This document shows, piece after piece, positions 1 through 8,793 of a stretch of DNA of 32,000 nt. Positions within the stretch are counted from its first letter, which is position 1. Each line of letters opens with the position of its first letter. The stretch is from the NCBI RefSeq assembly GCF_001314605.1, contig NZ_LIHP01000012.1:24080-56079 (forward strand). Reading direction: 5' to 3'. The position numbers and the translations under genes are program-made. The stretch is from Marinobacter sp. HL-58. GTDB taxonomy: Bacteria; Pseudomonadota; Gammaproteobacteria; Pseudomonadales; Oleiphilaceae. The notes below the pieces were generated by a model that saw only the letters and a list, made by a program, of their open reading frames with translations, made no database searches and had not been told where the DNA came from.

Positions 1-484
1 GGCGCCGGATCTGTGCCCGGCGCGCGGAGAAGAACTCGCTGATTACCCGGCTGCACTGGTGCGCAAGGATGCCACTGTGACATTCAACACGCCAGTTCAG
101 ATGGTCCTCGTCCAGCGTCCGCCGGGTGGATGCCACGGCCCCGGCCTTTGGCTCGGCTGCGCCATACACCAGTCGGCTGACCCGGCTATGAACAATAGCG
201 CCAACGCACATGGTGCAAGGCTCAAGGGTGACGTAAAGCGTGGCACCCGGCAACCGGTAATTCCCGACCCGCTTTGCCGCATCCCGCAGGGCCCGGATTT
301 CAGCATGGGCAGTCGGGTCGCAGCTGCTGATCGGCGCATTGAAGCCGGCACCAATCTCCTTGCCATCGAGGACGACCACCGCCCCCACAGGCACCTCACC
401 CGCCCCGGCTGCCTGCTCCGCCAGTTGCAGGGCGCGGCTCATCCAGGCCTCGTCGTCTTCGCAGCTCCCATGCGTCAGTACCAT
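1..484 (-). CDS. tadA: tRNA adenosine(34) deaminase TadA; the 3' end runs off the left edge of the window
   Basis: Absent from the ORF track because it has no stop inside the window. My reverse-strand translation from the ATG (complement of 482-484) reads MVLTHGSCEDDEAWMSRALQLAEQAAGAGEVPVGAVVVLDGKEIGAGFNAPISSCDPTAHAEIRALRDAAKRVGNYRLPGATLYVTLEPCTMCVGAIVHSRVSRLVYGAAEPKAGAV.... It has the deaminase zinc motifs H-A-E and P-C-x-x-C and is colinear with E. coli TadA. Track ORFs 59..601(+) and 97..399(-) are shadows of this gene. Confidence 0.9.
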   Translation of the reverse strand, partial: MVLTHGSCEDDEAWMSRALQLAEQAAGAGEVPVGAVVVLDGKEIGAGFNAPISSCDPTAHAEIRALRDAAKRVGNYRLPGATLYVTLEPCTMCVGAIVHSRVSRLVYGAAEPKAGAVASTRRTLDEDHLNWRVECHSGILAHQCSRVISEFFSARRAQIRR

Positions 485-597
485 CAAAATTACCACGTCA
501 GTGTTTCAAAGGGCGCCAGTTTATCACGCCTCCTGCGTTTCCAAAGGCCACCGCAAAAAACAAACTCCCTCCGAAAACAGGGCAGCCGTTCTTCAGG

Positions 598-611
598 TTG
601 ATGCTTGTCAA
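598..611. promoter_or_regulatory. FNR/ANR-type box 1 (TTGATgcttGTCAA), upstream of phasin-phaC and divergent to tadA
   Basis: 9/10 match to TTGAT-N4-ATCAA. The hexamer CAAAAT (634-639, 4/6 to TATAAT) starts 29.5 bp from the palindrome centre, which is class II (-41.5) geometry. That predicts a TSS near 646, 32 nt before the phasin ATG at 678. Confidence 0.5.
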
Positions 612-677
612 CATTACGTCATGAATCCTGCTGCAAAATAGAAGTTCAAATTCCCTGTATGCAAAGGAGATGTATCA

Positions 678-1019
678 ATGAGCAATGACCTGTTTGAAAA
701 AGCCACCCGCCTTAACGAAACCCTCTTCGAGCAGTTCAACAAGGCAGCGGAAATGCAGATGAACGCGTTTCGCCGCTACGCCGACGTTACCATGGAACAG
801 GCGAAAAAGGTGTCCGAAGTGCGGGACCTGGAAGGACTGAAGGCCGTTACCGGGGACCAGGCAGAAACCCTGAAATCCCTTAGCGAACAGTTCACCGCCG
901 ACTGGAAAGCCTGGCAGGATTACTTCAACGAAACCCGCGAGGAGGTCCAGAAGGTTTTCGAGAAGGCCCCCGAGGCAAAGGAAGAAACGGCAAAACCCGG
1001 CCCGAAGGCCACCAAGTAG
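678..1019 (+). CDS. phasin-like PHA granule-associated protein
   Basis: 113-aa ORF with SD AAGGAG (664-669) 8 nt before the ATG. It is Ala/Glu/Lys/Gln-rich with no Cys and looks all-helical. Its stop lies only 9 nt before the phaC ATG. The assignment rests on composition and position next to phaC, not on a diagnostic motif. Confidence 0.7.
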   Translation: MSNDLFEKATRLNETLFEQFNKAAEMQMNAFRRYADVTMEQAKKVSEVRDLEGLKAVTGDQAETLKSLSEQFTADWKAWQDYFNETREEVQKVFEKAPEAKEETAKPGPKATK

Positions 1020-1028
1020 GGATTGTTT

Positions 1029-2831
1029 ATGTTGGGTATGGATACGCTGGGGAAAACCGTCAGCCAGCTGGTGAATCAGTTTGAAACCAATGTCCGGCAG
1101 GGCCAGCAGAACCTGGAGAAATGGCTTGGGGAGACCGGCGTCATGGATGACGCCAAACTCTCCACCCTGTCCGAGATGTCCGACGCTTATCGGGCCATGG
1201 CAGAGGATCTCCTGCTGCACCCGATCAGGTTTGCGAGCGCCGAACTGGGCCTTGCCCGCAAACACCTGGCGCTGGGTGGCTACACCCTTGCCCAGTTAAC
1301 CGGCAGGGACAGTAACCCGCCCGCGCAACCAGACCCGGATGACCGGCGTTTCCAGGCGGAAGACTGGCACAGGTACCTGCCTTTCGATGTACTCCACCAG
1401 GCTTACCTGATCAACTCCCGGGCATTTCTGGACTGGGTCGGCAACATGGAAGGCCTGCCACCGGCCGGCCGTGACCAGATGCTGTTCTACGCCCGGCAAC
1501 TGACCAGTGCGCTGTCACCCTCGAACTTTCCCGCCTCCAATCCGGAAGTTCTCAGGATTACCTGGGAGCGCAAGGGCATGAACCTGATTGACGGTACCCG
1601 GCAGTTGCTTGAAGACGTGCGGCAGAATCCGTCGCTGTTCAATGTCGGCATGACGGACCGCTCGGCATTTGAAATCGGCCGCAACCTGGCCACCACGCCG
1701 GGAAAAGTGGTTTACCAGAATGAACTGATGCAGCTGATCCAGTACTCACCGTCCACGGAAACGGTCAGTCAGCGCCCTCTTCTGATTGTCCCGCCCTGGA
1801 TCAACAAGTTCTACATACTGGATCTGACGGCACAGAAATCGTTTATCCAGTGGCTCGTTGACCAGGGCCAGACGGTCTTTATCATTTCCTGGCGCAACCC
1901 CGGGCCTGAGCTCCGGGACAAGGGTTGGGAAGATTACATGCAGCTGGGCCCGCTGGCTGCCATGGACGCAATCACCGAAGCCACCGGTGAAGAGCGGATG
2001 AATGTGATCGGCTACTGCATCGGCGGCACCCTGCTGGGGTCTACCCTGGCCTGGCTGAAGAAGAAACAGCGCAATCCGGTGGTCAGCGCTACCTACCTGA
2101 CCACCCTGCTGGATTTTTCGGACCCCGGCGGCATCGGCGTGTTCATCAACGATCACTCCATTCAGGGCATTGAGCGGATGCTGGAACGCAAGGGCTACCT
2201 TGATGGGCGCGCCATGGCGTTTACCTTCAACCTCCTGCGGGAAAACGAGCTGTTCTGGTCCTTCTGGACCAATAATTACCTGAAGGGTGAAAAGCCGGCC
2301 GCCTTCGACATACTTTACTGGAACACCGATGGCACCAACCTGCCAGCGAAGATGCACAGCTTCTATCTTCGTGAAATGTACCTGAACAACCGTCTGGTTC
2401 AGCCGGACTCCCTGACCCTGGCCGGGGAATCCATCAACCTGTCAGAGATTGAGGTGCCTTCGTTCTTCCTGTCGGCCCGGCAGGATCACATCGCCAAATG
2501 GAAAACCACCTATAAAGGTGCGCTGGCCCACGGAGGTGATGTGCGGTTTGTATTGTCCGGCTCCGGCCACATTGCGGGGGTAATCAACCCGCCCTACAAG
2601 GAAAAGTACGGCTTCTGGACCAACGACAGGATGCCGCCGGACGCTGAAGACTGGCTGGCGGATTCCGAGCAGCACCCGGGATCCTGGTGGCCACACTGGC
2701 TGGAATGGATTGCCCCGTACTCCGGTGAGCAGGTGCCGGCCCGCATACCGGGTGAGGGCAAATTGCCAGTAATCGAGGATGCTCCAGGGAGCTACGTGAA
2801 GGTCAAAGCGGCTGAAGCCGCCGCCAGCTAG
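1029..2831 (+). CDS. phaC: class I poly(R)-hydroxyalkanoate synthase PhaC
   Basis: About 600 aa, the single-subunit size. It has the lipase-box G-Y-C-I-G-G (NVIGYCIGGTLLG), PLLIVPPWINKFYILDL, and the C-terminal SGSGHIAGVINPP region. The track ORF starts at TTG 1023; ATG 1029 (chosen) and ATG 1038 are in-frame alternatives. Confidence 0.95.
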   Translation: MLGMDTLGKTVSQLVNQFETNVRQGQQNLEKWLGETGVMDDAKLSTLSEMSDAYRAMAEDLLLHPIRFASAELGLARKHLALGGYTLAQLTGRDSNPPAQPDPDDRRFQAEDWHRYLPFDVLHQAYLINSRAFLDWVGNMEGLPPAGRDQMLFYARQLTSALSPSNFPASNPEVLRITWERKGMNLIDGTRQLLEDVRQNPSLFNVGMTDRSAFEIGRNLATTPGKVVYQNELMQLIQYSPSTETVSQRPLLIVPPWINKFYILDLTAQKSFIQWLVDQGQTVFIISWRNPGPELRDKGWEDYMQLGPLAAMDAITEATGEERMNVIGYCIGGTLLGSTLAWLKKKQRNPVVSATYLTTLLDFSDPGGIGVFINDHSIQGIERMLERKGYLDGRAMAFTFNLLRENELFWSFWTNNYLKGEKPAAFDILYWNTDGTNLPAKMHSFYLREMYLNNRLVQPDSLTLAGESINLSEIEVPSFFLSARQDHIAKWKTTYKGALAHGGDVRFVLSGSGHIAGVINPPYKEKYGFWTNDRMPPDAEDWLADSEQHPGSWWPHWLEWIAPYSGEQVPARIPGEGKLPVIEDAPGSYVKVKAAEAAAS

Positions 2832-2902
2832 AATTCCCAGGGATGGGGCATACCAGGCTTCACAACAGATATCCGGATAGAAATTTGCTTTTGGCTGCGT
2901 TA

Positions 2903-2916
2903 TTGACTGTCGTCAA
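2903..2916. promoter_or_regulatory. FNR/ANR-type box 2 (TTGACtgtcGTCAA), upstream of hsp20
   Basis: 8/10 to TTGAT-N4-ATCAA with both TTGA/TCAA cores intact. It lies in the 266-bp non-coding gap after phaC. GATAGG (2936-2941) is a weak -10 candidate, 26.5 bp from the centre. This implies a ~150-nt hsp20 leader. Confidence 0.4.
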
Positions 2917-3053
2917 CAGTTATCCAGAGGCGTTCGATAGGCTTGAACAGGAAGGTCGCACTGACCAGACATGCGAAGCTGACGGTCGAGAGTGGCGAGA
3001 AAGTAGTGGATACAATGGATCTCGACCTGACCGCAGACAGCCAACATGGTAAA

Positions 3054-3091
3054 GGCGTCCTTTCAAATCAAACATAGCCACTATTGGAGCC
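3054..3091 (+). promoter_or_regulatory. possible SD-sequestering hairpin in the hsp20 leader (RNA-thermometer-like)
   Basis: GGCgUCC (3054-3060) can pair with GGAGCC (3086-3091, containing the SD GGAG), leaving G3057 bulged. The loop is 25 nt. The stem is short and the loop long, so this is speculative. Confidence 0.2.
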
Positions 3092-3097
3092 AAAAGC

Positions 3098-3547
3098 ATG
3101 AGAAACCTGATCAAGAGAGACAAGCCGTCCCTGCCCACCTTTCAACAGGAAATGGAGCGCTTTTTTAACGAACGCCTGTGGCCATTCTCTCTGGACGACA
3201 GGGAGCACGCCGGTGTCGCCCAATGGGCACCGGCTGTGGATGTCAAAGAAGACAAAGACCGTTTCGTGGTCACTGCAGACGTTCCCGGTGTCGATCCCAA
3301 GGACATCGAAGTGAATCTGGAAAACGGGGTACTCACAATACGCGGGGAGCGCGAAGAGGAAAAAGAAGATGACGACAAGGGCTGGCACCGGGTAGAACGA
3401 TTCACCGGCAGCTTTTTCCGCCGCTTTGACCTGCCCGGCGCAGCTGATGCCTCGCAGGTGACAGCAAAATCCGACAAGGGCGTTCTGAAAATTGAAATCC
3501 CCCGGTCAGAGAAGTCGCAAAATTCTCGCATCGAGGTCAAAGGCTGA
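3098..3547 (+). CDS. small heat-shock protein, Hsp20/alpha-crystallin family
   Basis: 149 aa with an alpha-crystallin domain: APAVDVKEDKDRFVVTADVPGVDPKDIEVNLENGVLTIRGER ... GSFFRRFDLPG ... GVLKIEIP. SD GGAG lies 8 nt upstream. Confidence 0.93.
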   Translation: MRNLIKRDKPSLPTFQQEMERFFNERLWPFSLDDREHAGVAQWAPAVDVKEDKDRFVVTADVPGVDPKDIEVNLENGVLTIRGEREEEKEDDDKGWHRVERFTGSFFRRFDLPGAADASQVTAKSDKGVLKIEIPRSEKSQNSRIEVKG

Positions 3548-3591
3548 AGAGAACGCCCTTCAGGATCAAGCATATTGCGGAGGTAGACCTC

Positions 3592-3789
3592 ATGATAAGG
3601 TCAACGCTGTCACAGGAGTCTTATAAAAATCCCTCGAATCTGATCGTTGTTCAGTGCCCGGATTGCCATGAATTATCGATGATATCGAGACTGAACCTGG
3701 CCGCTGGCGAGCAGGTTCGCTGCAACCATTGCAAAACATTTTCCCCTATCGAGGAGTACAAAGGGTACCCACCCGCCAAGTCCGGATAA
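3592..3789 (+). CDS. small zinc-ribbon protein (CxxC-N18-CxxC, MJ0042-type-like)
   Basis: 65-aa ORF with SD GGAGG upstream, starting 44 nt after hsp20. VQCPDCHELSMISRLNLAAGEQVRCNHCKTF resembles the MJ0042-type zinc-finger pattern (CPxC...vrCxxCxxxF). It is short, so coding status is not certain. Confidence 0.5.
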   Translation: MIRSTLSQESYKNPSNLIVVQCPDCHELSMISRLNLAAGEQVRCNHCKTFSPIEEYKGYPPAKSG

Positions 3790-3811
3790 GTACCGCCCGG
3801 GTCCGGGCTGG

Positions 3812-3833
3812 CCCCTCAGGCTTACCGGAGGGG
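3812..3833. terminator. candidate bidirectional hairpin between the convergent zinc-ribbon ORF and glgB
   Basis: CCCCTC (3812-3817) pairs with GAGGGG (3828-3833) around a 10-nt loop. On the + strand it is followed by TTAT. There is no real U-tract on either strand. Confidence 0.3.
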
Positions 3834-6020
3834 TTATGCCCGGCACTCCCACTCGAGTATCACTCCACCCAGAGGCGGCACATCCAGGGCCAGTGAGCAG
3901 GGCTGGTTCATCCAGGGTTGTTGTTCCGCTTCCAGGCCCTGGCCGTTACCCATATCGCTGCCGCCATAGAATCGCGAATCGGAATTGAACAGCTCATGGT
4001 AGTGGCCCGGCCCCGGCACGCCGACCCGATAGCCATAGCGGGGCACCGGCGTAAAGTTGAGCACGATGATCAGAGAACGGTCGTCATCAATGCGGCGGTA
4101 ACAGAGCAGTGACTGAGCCGCATCATGGCAATCAATCCACTCAAATCCCTGGCGCTGGAAATCATACCTGTGCAGTTCAGTACGCTGCGTGTAGAGCCGG
4201 TTCAGATCCGCCACCACCGCCAGCAAACCGGCATGCTCCGGATAGTCCAGAAGCCCCCAGTCCAGGGCGGCGTTGTGATCCCACTCCTGATTGACACCGA
4301 ACTCATCCCCCATGAAAAGCAGCTTTTTGCCGGGAAACGTGTACATGCAGGTGTAGAGCAGTCGCAGATTGGCAAACTGCTGCCAGCGGTCACCCGGCAT
4401 CTTGCTCAGCAAAGAGCGTTTGCCATGCACTACCTCATCGTGAGACAGAGGCAGGATGAAGTTCTCGTCAAAGGCGTAATACAGCGCAAAGGTAATGGCG
4501 TCGTGGTGATAATGACGATGGACAGGCTCCTTCTCGATATAGGAAAGGGTGTCATTCATCCAGCCCATATTCCACTTCATGCTGAAGCCCAGCCCCCCGA
4601 CCCAGACCGGCCGGGTTACCTGTGGCCAGGCGGTGGACTCCTCGGCGATGGTGACAGTGCCGGGACATTCCCGGTGGGTGACGGTATTGAGCTCCCGGAG
4701 AAACTGTATTGCCTCCAGGTTTTCATTACTGCCGTAGCGGTTAGGCAGCCAGTCGTCCTCCCGGCCGTAATCCAGGTAAATCATGGAGGCCACCGCATCC
4801 ACCCGCAATCCGTCGAAGTGAAACTGCTCCAGCCAATAGAGAGCACTGGATATCAGAAAGGAGCGCACTTCATTGCGCCCATAGTTGAATACCAGAGTGC
4901 CCCATTCCTTGTGCTCGCCTAACCGGGCGTCGTGATGCTCGTACAAGGCTGTGCCGTCGAAAAGCGCCAGCGCCTGGTCGTCCTTCGGGAAGTGGCCCGG
5001 CACCCAGTCCACATAGACCCCGATGCCTTGCCGGTGCAGGCAATCCACCAGGTAGCGCAAGTCGTCCTCGTTACCGTGACGGCGAGTGGCGGCAAAATAC
5101 CCGGTGCTCTGGTAACCCCAGGACCCCTCGAATGGGAATTCGGTGACCGGCATTAACTGCACATGGGTGAAACCTGTGCGTTTCAGATGAATCAGCAGGC
5201 GCTCCACCAGCTCGCGATAACCCAGCAGTTCACCGGTATCGCCCCGCTGCCAGGAGCCCAGATGGAGTTCGTAGATGGCAATGGGTGCCTGCTGCCAGTC
5301 CGGCCTCCGGTCCGGCCAGCCGTCATCGCCCCATTGATAGCTGGAGGGCCCGACCACGATGGAGGCTGGATGCGGTGGCGCTTCGAATTCCCGGGCAAAG
5401 GGATCTGCGCGCAGAAAAACCGTGCCGCTCTCACCGTGACGGATTTCGTACTTGTACAGGGCCCCGGGGCCGACACCGGGAATAAACAGCTCCCACACAC
5501 CACTGCCCCCGAGGCAACTCATGGGATGGCGACGGCCATCCCATGCATTGAAGTCACCGACAACGCTGACCCGCTCGGCATTGGGCGCCCACACCGCAAA
5601 ACGGGTACCCTCAACCCCCTCCCTGGCGTAGGGATGAGCGCCCAGCATCTGCCACGCCCGGTGATGGCGGCCCTCGCTGAAGCTCTGCAGGGCGGCTTCA
5701 TCGATATCCGGTGCAAAGGCATAGGCGTCCTGGTGGCTGTGCTCTCCTCCGTGTTCATCCCGGTAGCGTACTGAATAGGGGTGAGGCAAGTCGTTCGCAT
5801 CGCCGGCCCACGTAAACAGACCGCAGCCCTCATTTTTCATGGCGGCACCTGTTTCCTCTAACCAGGCAGTTACCGCCTGGGGCAGCCACACCCTTACAAC
5901 TGCCGTGCCATCCCGGAAATGGGGCCCCAGAATTTTGTGAGGTGCATGGTGGCGTGCGTCTCGCAAGTAGAGCAGGTCATCGCTGGTCGGTTCAACTTGC
6001 TTTATTGAGGGAAAATTCAT
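3834..6020 (-). CDS. glgB: 1,4-alpha-glucan branching enzyme GlgB (GH13)
   Basis: 728 aa, the length of E. coli GlgB. GH13 regions are present: VDWVPGHF, GLRVDAVASM, IAEESTAW, LSHDEVVHGK. Confidence 0.96.
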   Translation of the reverse strand: MNFPSIKQVEPTSDDLLYLRDARHHAPHKILGPHFRDGTAVVRVWLPQAVTAWLEETGAAMKNEGCGLFTWAGDANDLPHPYSVRYRDEHGGEHSHQDAYAFAPDIDEAALQSFSEGRHHRAWQMLGAHPYAREGVEGTRFAVWAPNAERVSVVGDFNAWDGRRHPMSCLGGSGVWELFIPGVGPGALYKYEIRHGESGTVFLRADPFAREFEAPPHPASIVVGPSSYQWGDDGWPDRRPDWQQAPIAIYELHLGSWQRGDTGELLGYRELVERLLIHLKRTGFTHVQLMPVTEFPFEGSWGYQSTGYFAATRRHGNEDDLRYLVDCLHRQGIGVYVDWVPGHFPKDDQALALFDGTALYEHHDARLGEHKEWGTLVFNYGRNEVRSFLISSALYWLEQFHFDGLRVDAVASMIYLDYGREDDWLPNRYGSNENLEAIQFLRELNTVTHRECPGTVTIAEESTAWPQVTRPVWVGGLGFSMKWNMGWMNDTLSYIEKEPVHRHYHHDAITFALYYAFDENFILPLSHDEVVHGKRSLLSKMPGDRWQQFANLRLLYTCMYTFPGKKLLFMGDEFGVNQEWDHNAALDWGLLDYPEHAGLLAVVADLNRLYTQRTELHRYDFQRQGFEWIDCHDAAQSLLCYRRIDDDRSLIIVLNFTPVPRYGYRVGVPGPGHYHELFNSDSRFYGGSDMGNGQGLEAEQQPWMNQPCSLALDVPPLGGVILEWECRA

Positions 6021-6053
6021 GGCAACAGATCGCTCTTGTGAATGGCTGAAATA

Positions 6054-8717
6054 TCACTTCTGCACATAACGTTTTGCTGCCACCTGGATTGCAATCTGGC
6101 CGACCAGAAGCGGAACCAGGCTGCCGGCCAGCACCAGTAGCCAGTGCGAAATGGACGTGAGTGGTACCAGCCCCAGCAGCCCGCTCAACGGAGGAAAGTA
6201 AAGTGCGATCAATAGCAGAATGATGCAGATCACGATCGCTCCCCAGACGAACCGGCTAGTGACCACATTGTTATGCAGCCAATGGCTTTCAGGTGAACGC
6301 ATGTTGAACACATGCCAGAGCCTCGCCATACCGTACGTCAAAAAGGCCACGGTCACGGCACCCTCATAGTCCATGTCAAAAACCGACCGGGCGATAGCGA
6401 ACGTTGCCAGAACAGACGCCCCCATGGTGGCGCCAAAGCCCAGGATCGCCAGCCAACCACTGCGGGTCAGGACTGGTTCCGATGGGTCGCGGGGTTGCCT
6501 CTGCATCACCACTGGCTCGTCATCGCCCACACCCAGCGCCAGCGCAGGAAACACGTCCAGCAGCATGTTCAGGAACAGGATCTGCAACGGCAGCAGTGGC
6601 AGAGGCCATCCGGCCAGCACGGCGCCGGAGACAAGCAGAATCTGGCCAAGATTCCCGGACAAAAGAAAGATAATAAACTTGCGGATATTGTCGAAGATTG
6701 TCCGTCCCTGGCGGACGGCCATCACAATGGTCTCGAATGCATCGTCATGGAGGACTATGTCGCTTGCCTCGCGAGCAACCTCTGTGCCTCGCTTGCCCAT
6801 GGCAATACCGATATCCGCCTTTTTCAGTGCCGGCGCGTCATTGACCCCGTCACCTGTCATGCCCACGATTTCCCCGGCTTTCTGAAAAGCCTCCACCAGG
6901 GTCAGCTTTTGCTCCGGATTGACCCGGGCGAAGATCTCGGTTTCCCTGATTCGTTCAATATCTTCAGGATCAAGGTCCACACCTTCGAGAACGTCCTTTT
7001 CCTGGTCCACCATACCGACTTCCCGCGCGACGTTCAGCCCGGTGGCAGCATGGTCGCCAGTGGCCATCACGATGCGGATACCCGCTTCTCTGCATGCCCT
7101 GATGGCATCCGCCACGGCAACCCGGGGAGGGTCATACAGCCCTGCCAGCCCAAGCATTACCAACTCTTCGTATGCTTCGGAGTCAACGTCCGTCATGGAT
7201 TTCTCAGCCAGAGCCAGCACCCGCAGACCGTCCGCGGCCAATGTTTCATTCCGTTGCTGCCACTGGTCGCGCGCATCGTCATCAAGGCCCTCGTCCGAAT
7301 CGCAGTTGCGGTACCGGGTCGCCGCTGCCAGAACAGCCTCCGGCGCACCTTTGACCGCTGCCAGATAATCGCTGCCGTCACGGTGAATAGTGGCCATCAT
7401 CTTGGTATCCGGATCGAAGCTCACCTCGCGCTCCTCCGGCCAGGTCTCAAGAAGCTCCTTCCGATCCAGTCCTGCCAGTGCACCGGCATCCAGTAACGCA
7501 ACCTCCATCGGATCACCCGAGCCTTCCTCGTCGTTCTCTCCACGCTCCGAGTTGTTGCACAGAACCATGGTGCGGAGGGCCGCCTTCAGATCAGGTCGCT
7601 CTTCCGGATCAACCGGGGAATCATCCGCAAGGAAAGCATCGTCCTGGTTCGAGACATGAATATCACCGCCAGCCAGCGCTATGCGGTTCAGTACCATGCG
7701 GTTTTCGGTGAGTGTGCCGGTCTTGTCGGTGATGATCACCGTCGTCGCGCCCAGGGTTTCCACGGCGGAGAGCCGCTTGACCAATGCGCCGCGTCTGGCC
7801 ATACGCCACATGCCACGTCCCAGTGACAGCGTGGCGACAACAGGCAGGCCCTCCGGTACGGCAGCGATCGCCAGGACGATGGCAGTTTCGACCATCAGAC
7901 CGACCTCCTGGCCGGCAATAATTCCGGATGCGGCCACCACCAGGCCGACGATAATAACCAGGTAGATCAATCGCTTGCCAAGATTTTCGAGCCTGCGCTC
8001 GAGAGGGGCGGCATCTTTGTCCGCGCCTTCAACCAGGGCAGCGATCCGACCGATCTCGGTGTCCTGCCCCGTGCAGACCACCACGCCTTCGGCCGTACCG
8101 CGGGTCACGGCGGTACCCTTGAAAGCCATATTCACACGGTCAGCAAGAGGCGCTTCTCGATCTTCCAGGGCTTCAGTCGTTTTGGAGACTGGCTCGGATT
8201 CGCCAGTAAGAGCAGCTTCATTGCACTGCAGGTTTTCGACCGATGCGAGGCGCAGGTCCGCTGGCACGACCATGCCCTCGCCGAGAATCACAACATCACC
8301 CGGCACCAACTGACCAGCAGGCAGCTCCTGTTCCTTGCCTTCCCGGCGTACCCTAGCGGTGGTCTGTCCCAGACGCCGCAATGCATCCATCGACCGCGTC
8401 GCGGCGTACTCTGTTCCGAAACCAATGGCCCCATTGATCAGAATGGCCACTGCAATGGCCATGGCTTCGATGAACTCCCCGAAAGCCGCTGCTATGGCCG
8501 AGGCCACCACCAGCAGGATGATGACCAGACTTCTGAATTGGTCAAACAGGATGCGCCAGGTCGATTTGCGCCGGCTGGCTTCGAGGCGGTTGGGACCGAA
8601 CTGTGCCAGTCTTTTATCCGATTCCTTTTGGCTCAGGCCCTGTTCCGGGTCTACCGCCCAGTGGTCAAGCACCTCTTCGATGCCCTGAAGAAAAGATTGG
8701 TTCGTCGGCTCTTCCAT
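6054..8717 (-). CDS. cation-transporting P-type ATPase (type II, Ca2+-ATPase-like)
   Basis: Motifs seen: LTGESEPV (actuator), AVPEGLP (M4), DKTGTLT (phosphorylation), MATGDH, TGDGVNDAPALKKADIGIAMG. The track ORF extends to 8846 and would overlap the ppsA 3' end. ATG 8717 has GGGAG 5 nt upstream and gives a normal N-terminus (MEEPTNQSFLQG...). ATG 8729 is an alternative start. Confidence 0.92.
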   Translation of the reverse strand: MEEPTNQSFLQGIEEVLDHWAVDPEQGLSQKESDKRLAQFGPNRLEASRRKSTWRILFDQFRSLVIILLVVASAIAAAFGEFIEAMAIAVAILINGAIGFGTEYAATRSMDALRRLGQTTARVRREGKEQELPAGQLVPGDVVILGEGMVVPADLRLASVENLQCNEAALTGESEPVSKTTEALEDREAPLADRVNMAFKGTAVTRGTAEGVVVCTGQDTEIGRIAALVEGADKDAAPLERRLENLGKRLIYLVIIVGLVVAASGIIAGQEVGLMVETAIVLAIAAVPEGLPVVATLSLGRGMWRMARRGALVKRLSAVETLGATTVIITDKTGTLTENRMVLNRIALAGGDIHVSNQDDAFLADDSPVDPEERPDLKAALRTMVLCNNSERGENDEEGSGDPMEVALLDAGALAGLDRKELLETWPEEREVSFDPDTKMMATIHRDGSDYLAAVKGAPEAVLAAATRYRNCDSDEGLDDDARDQWQQRNETLAADGLRVLALAEKSMTDVDSEAYEELVMLGLAGLYDPPRVAVADAIRACREAGIRIVMATGDHAATGLNVAREVGMVDQEKDVLEGVDLDPEDIERIRETEIFARVNPEQKLTLVEAFQKAGEIVGMTGDGVNDAPALKKADIGIAMGKRGTEVAREASDIVLHDDAFETIVMAVRQGRTIFDNIRKFIIFLLSGNLGQILLVSGAVLAGWPLPLLPLQILFLNMLLDVFPALALGVGDDEPVVMQRQPRDPSEPVLTRSGWLAILGFGATMGASVLATFAIARSVFDMDYEGAVTVAFLTYGMARLWHVFNMRSPESHWLHNNVVTSRFVWGAIVICIILLLIALYFPPLSGLLGLVPLTSISHWLLVLAGSLVPLLVGQIAIQVAAKRYVQK

Positions 8718-8793
8718 GCATGCTCCCATCGCGTAGTCCAGACCGGGCTCTTCAGTCGATCTGTGTCTTTGTAAACGACTATCTTGAATACTC

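Noticed and set aside
59-601. 180-aa plus-strand ORF (and the 100-aa ORFs 97..399 and 339..641) as possible genes
   Set aside because: They lie antisense to, or overlap, the clearly recognisable tadA frame on the minus strand. Their translations are Arg/Pro/Gly-rich and low-complexity, typical of GC-rich shadow frames.
1399-1418. Third copy of the TCAA..CCCGGGCATTT block (tgatcaactcccgggcatttctg)
   Set aside because: It lies inside the phaC coding frame, lacks the upstream TTGA half-site, and similarity stops after 11 nt. I treat it as chance.
2941-2972. CTTGAAC at 2941-2947 as a sigma-32 -35 element for hsp20
   Set aside because: No CCCCAT-like -10 lies 13-15 nt downstream (the sequence is gaccagacat). 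Only the -35 half resembles the consensus.
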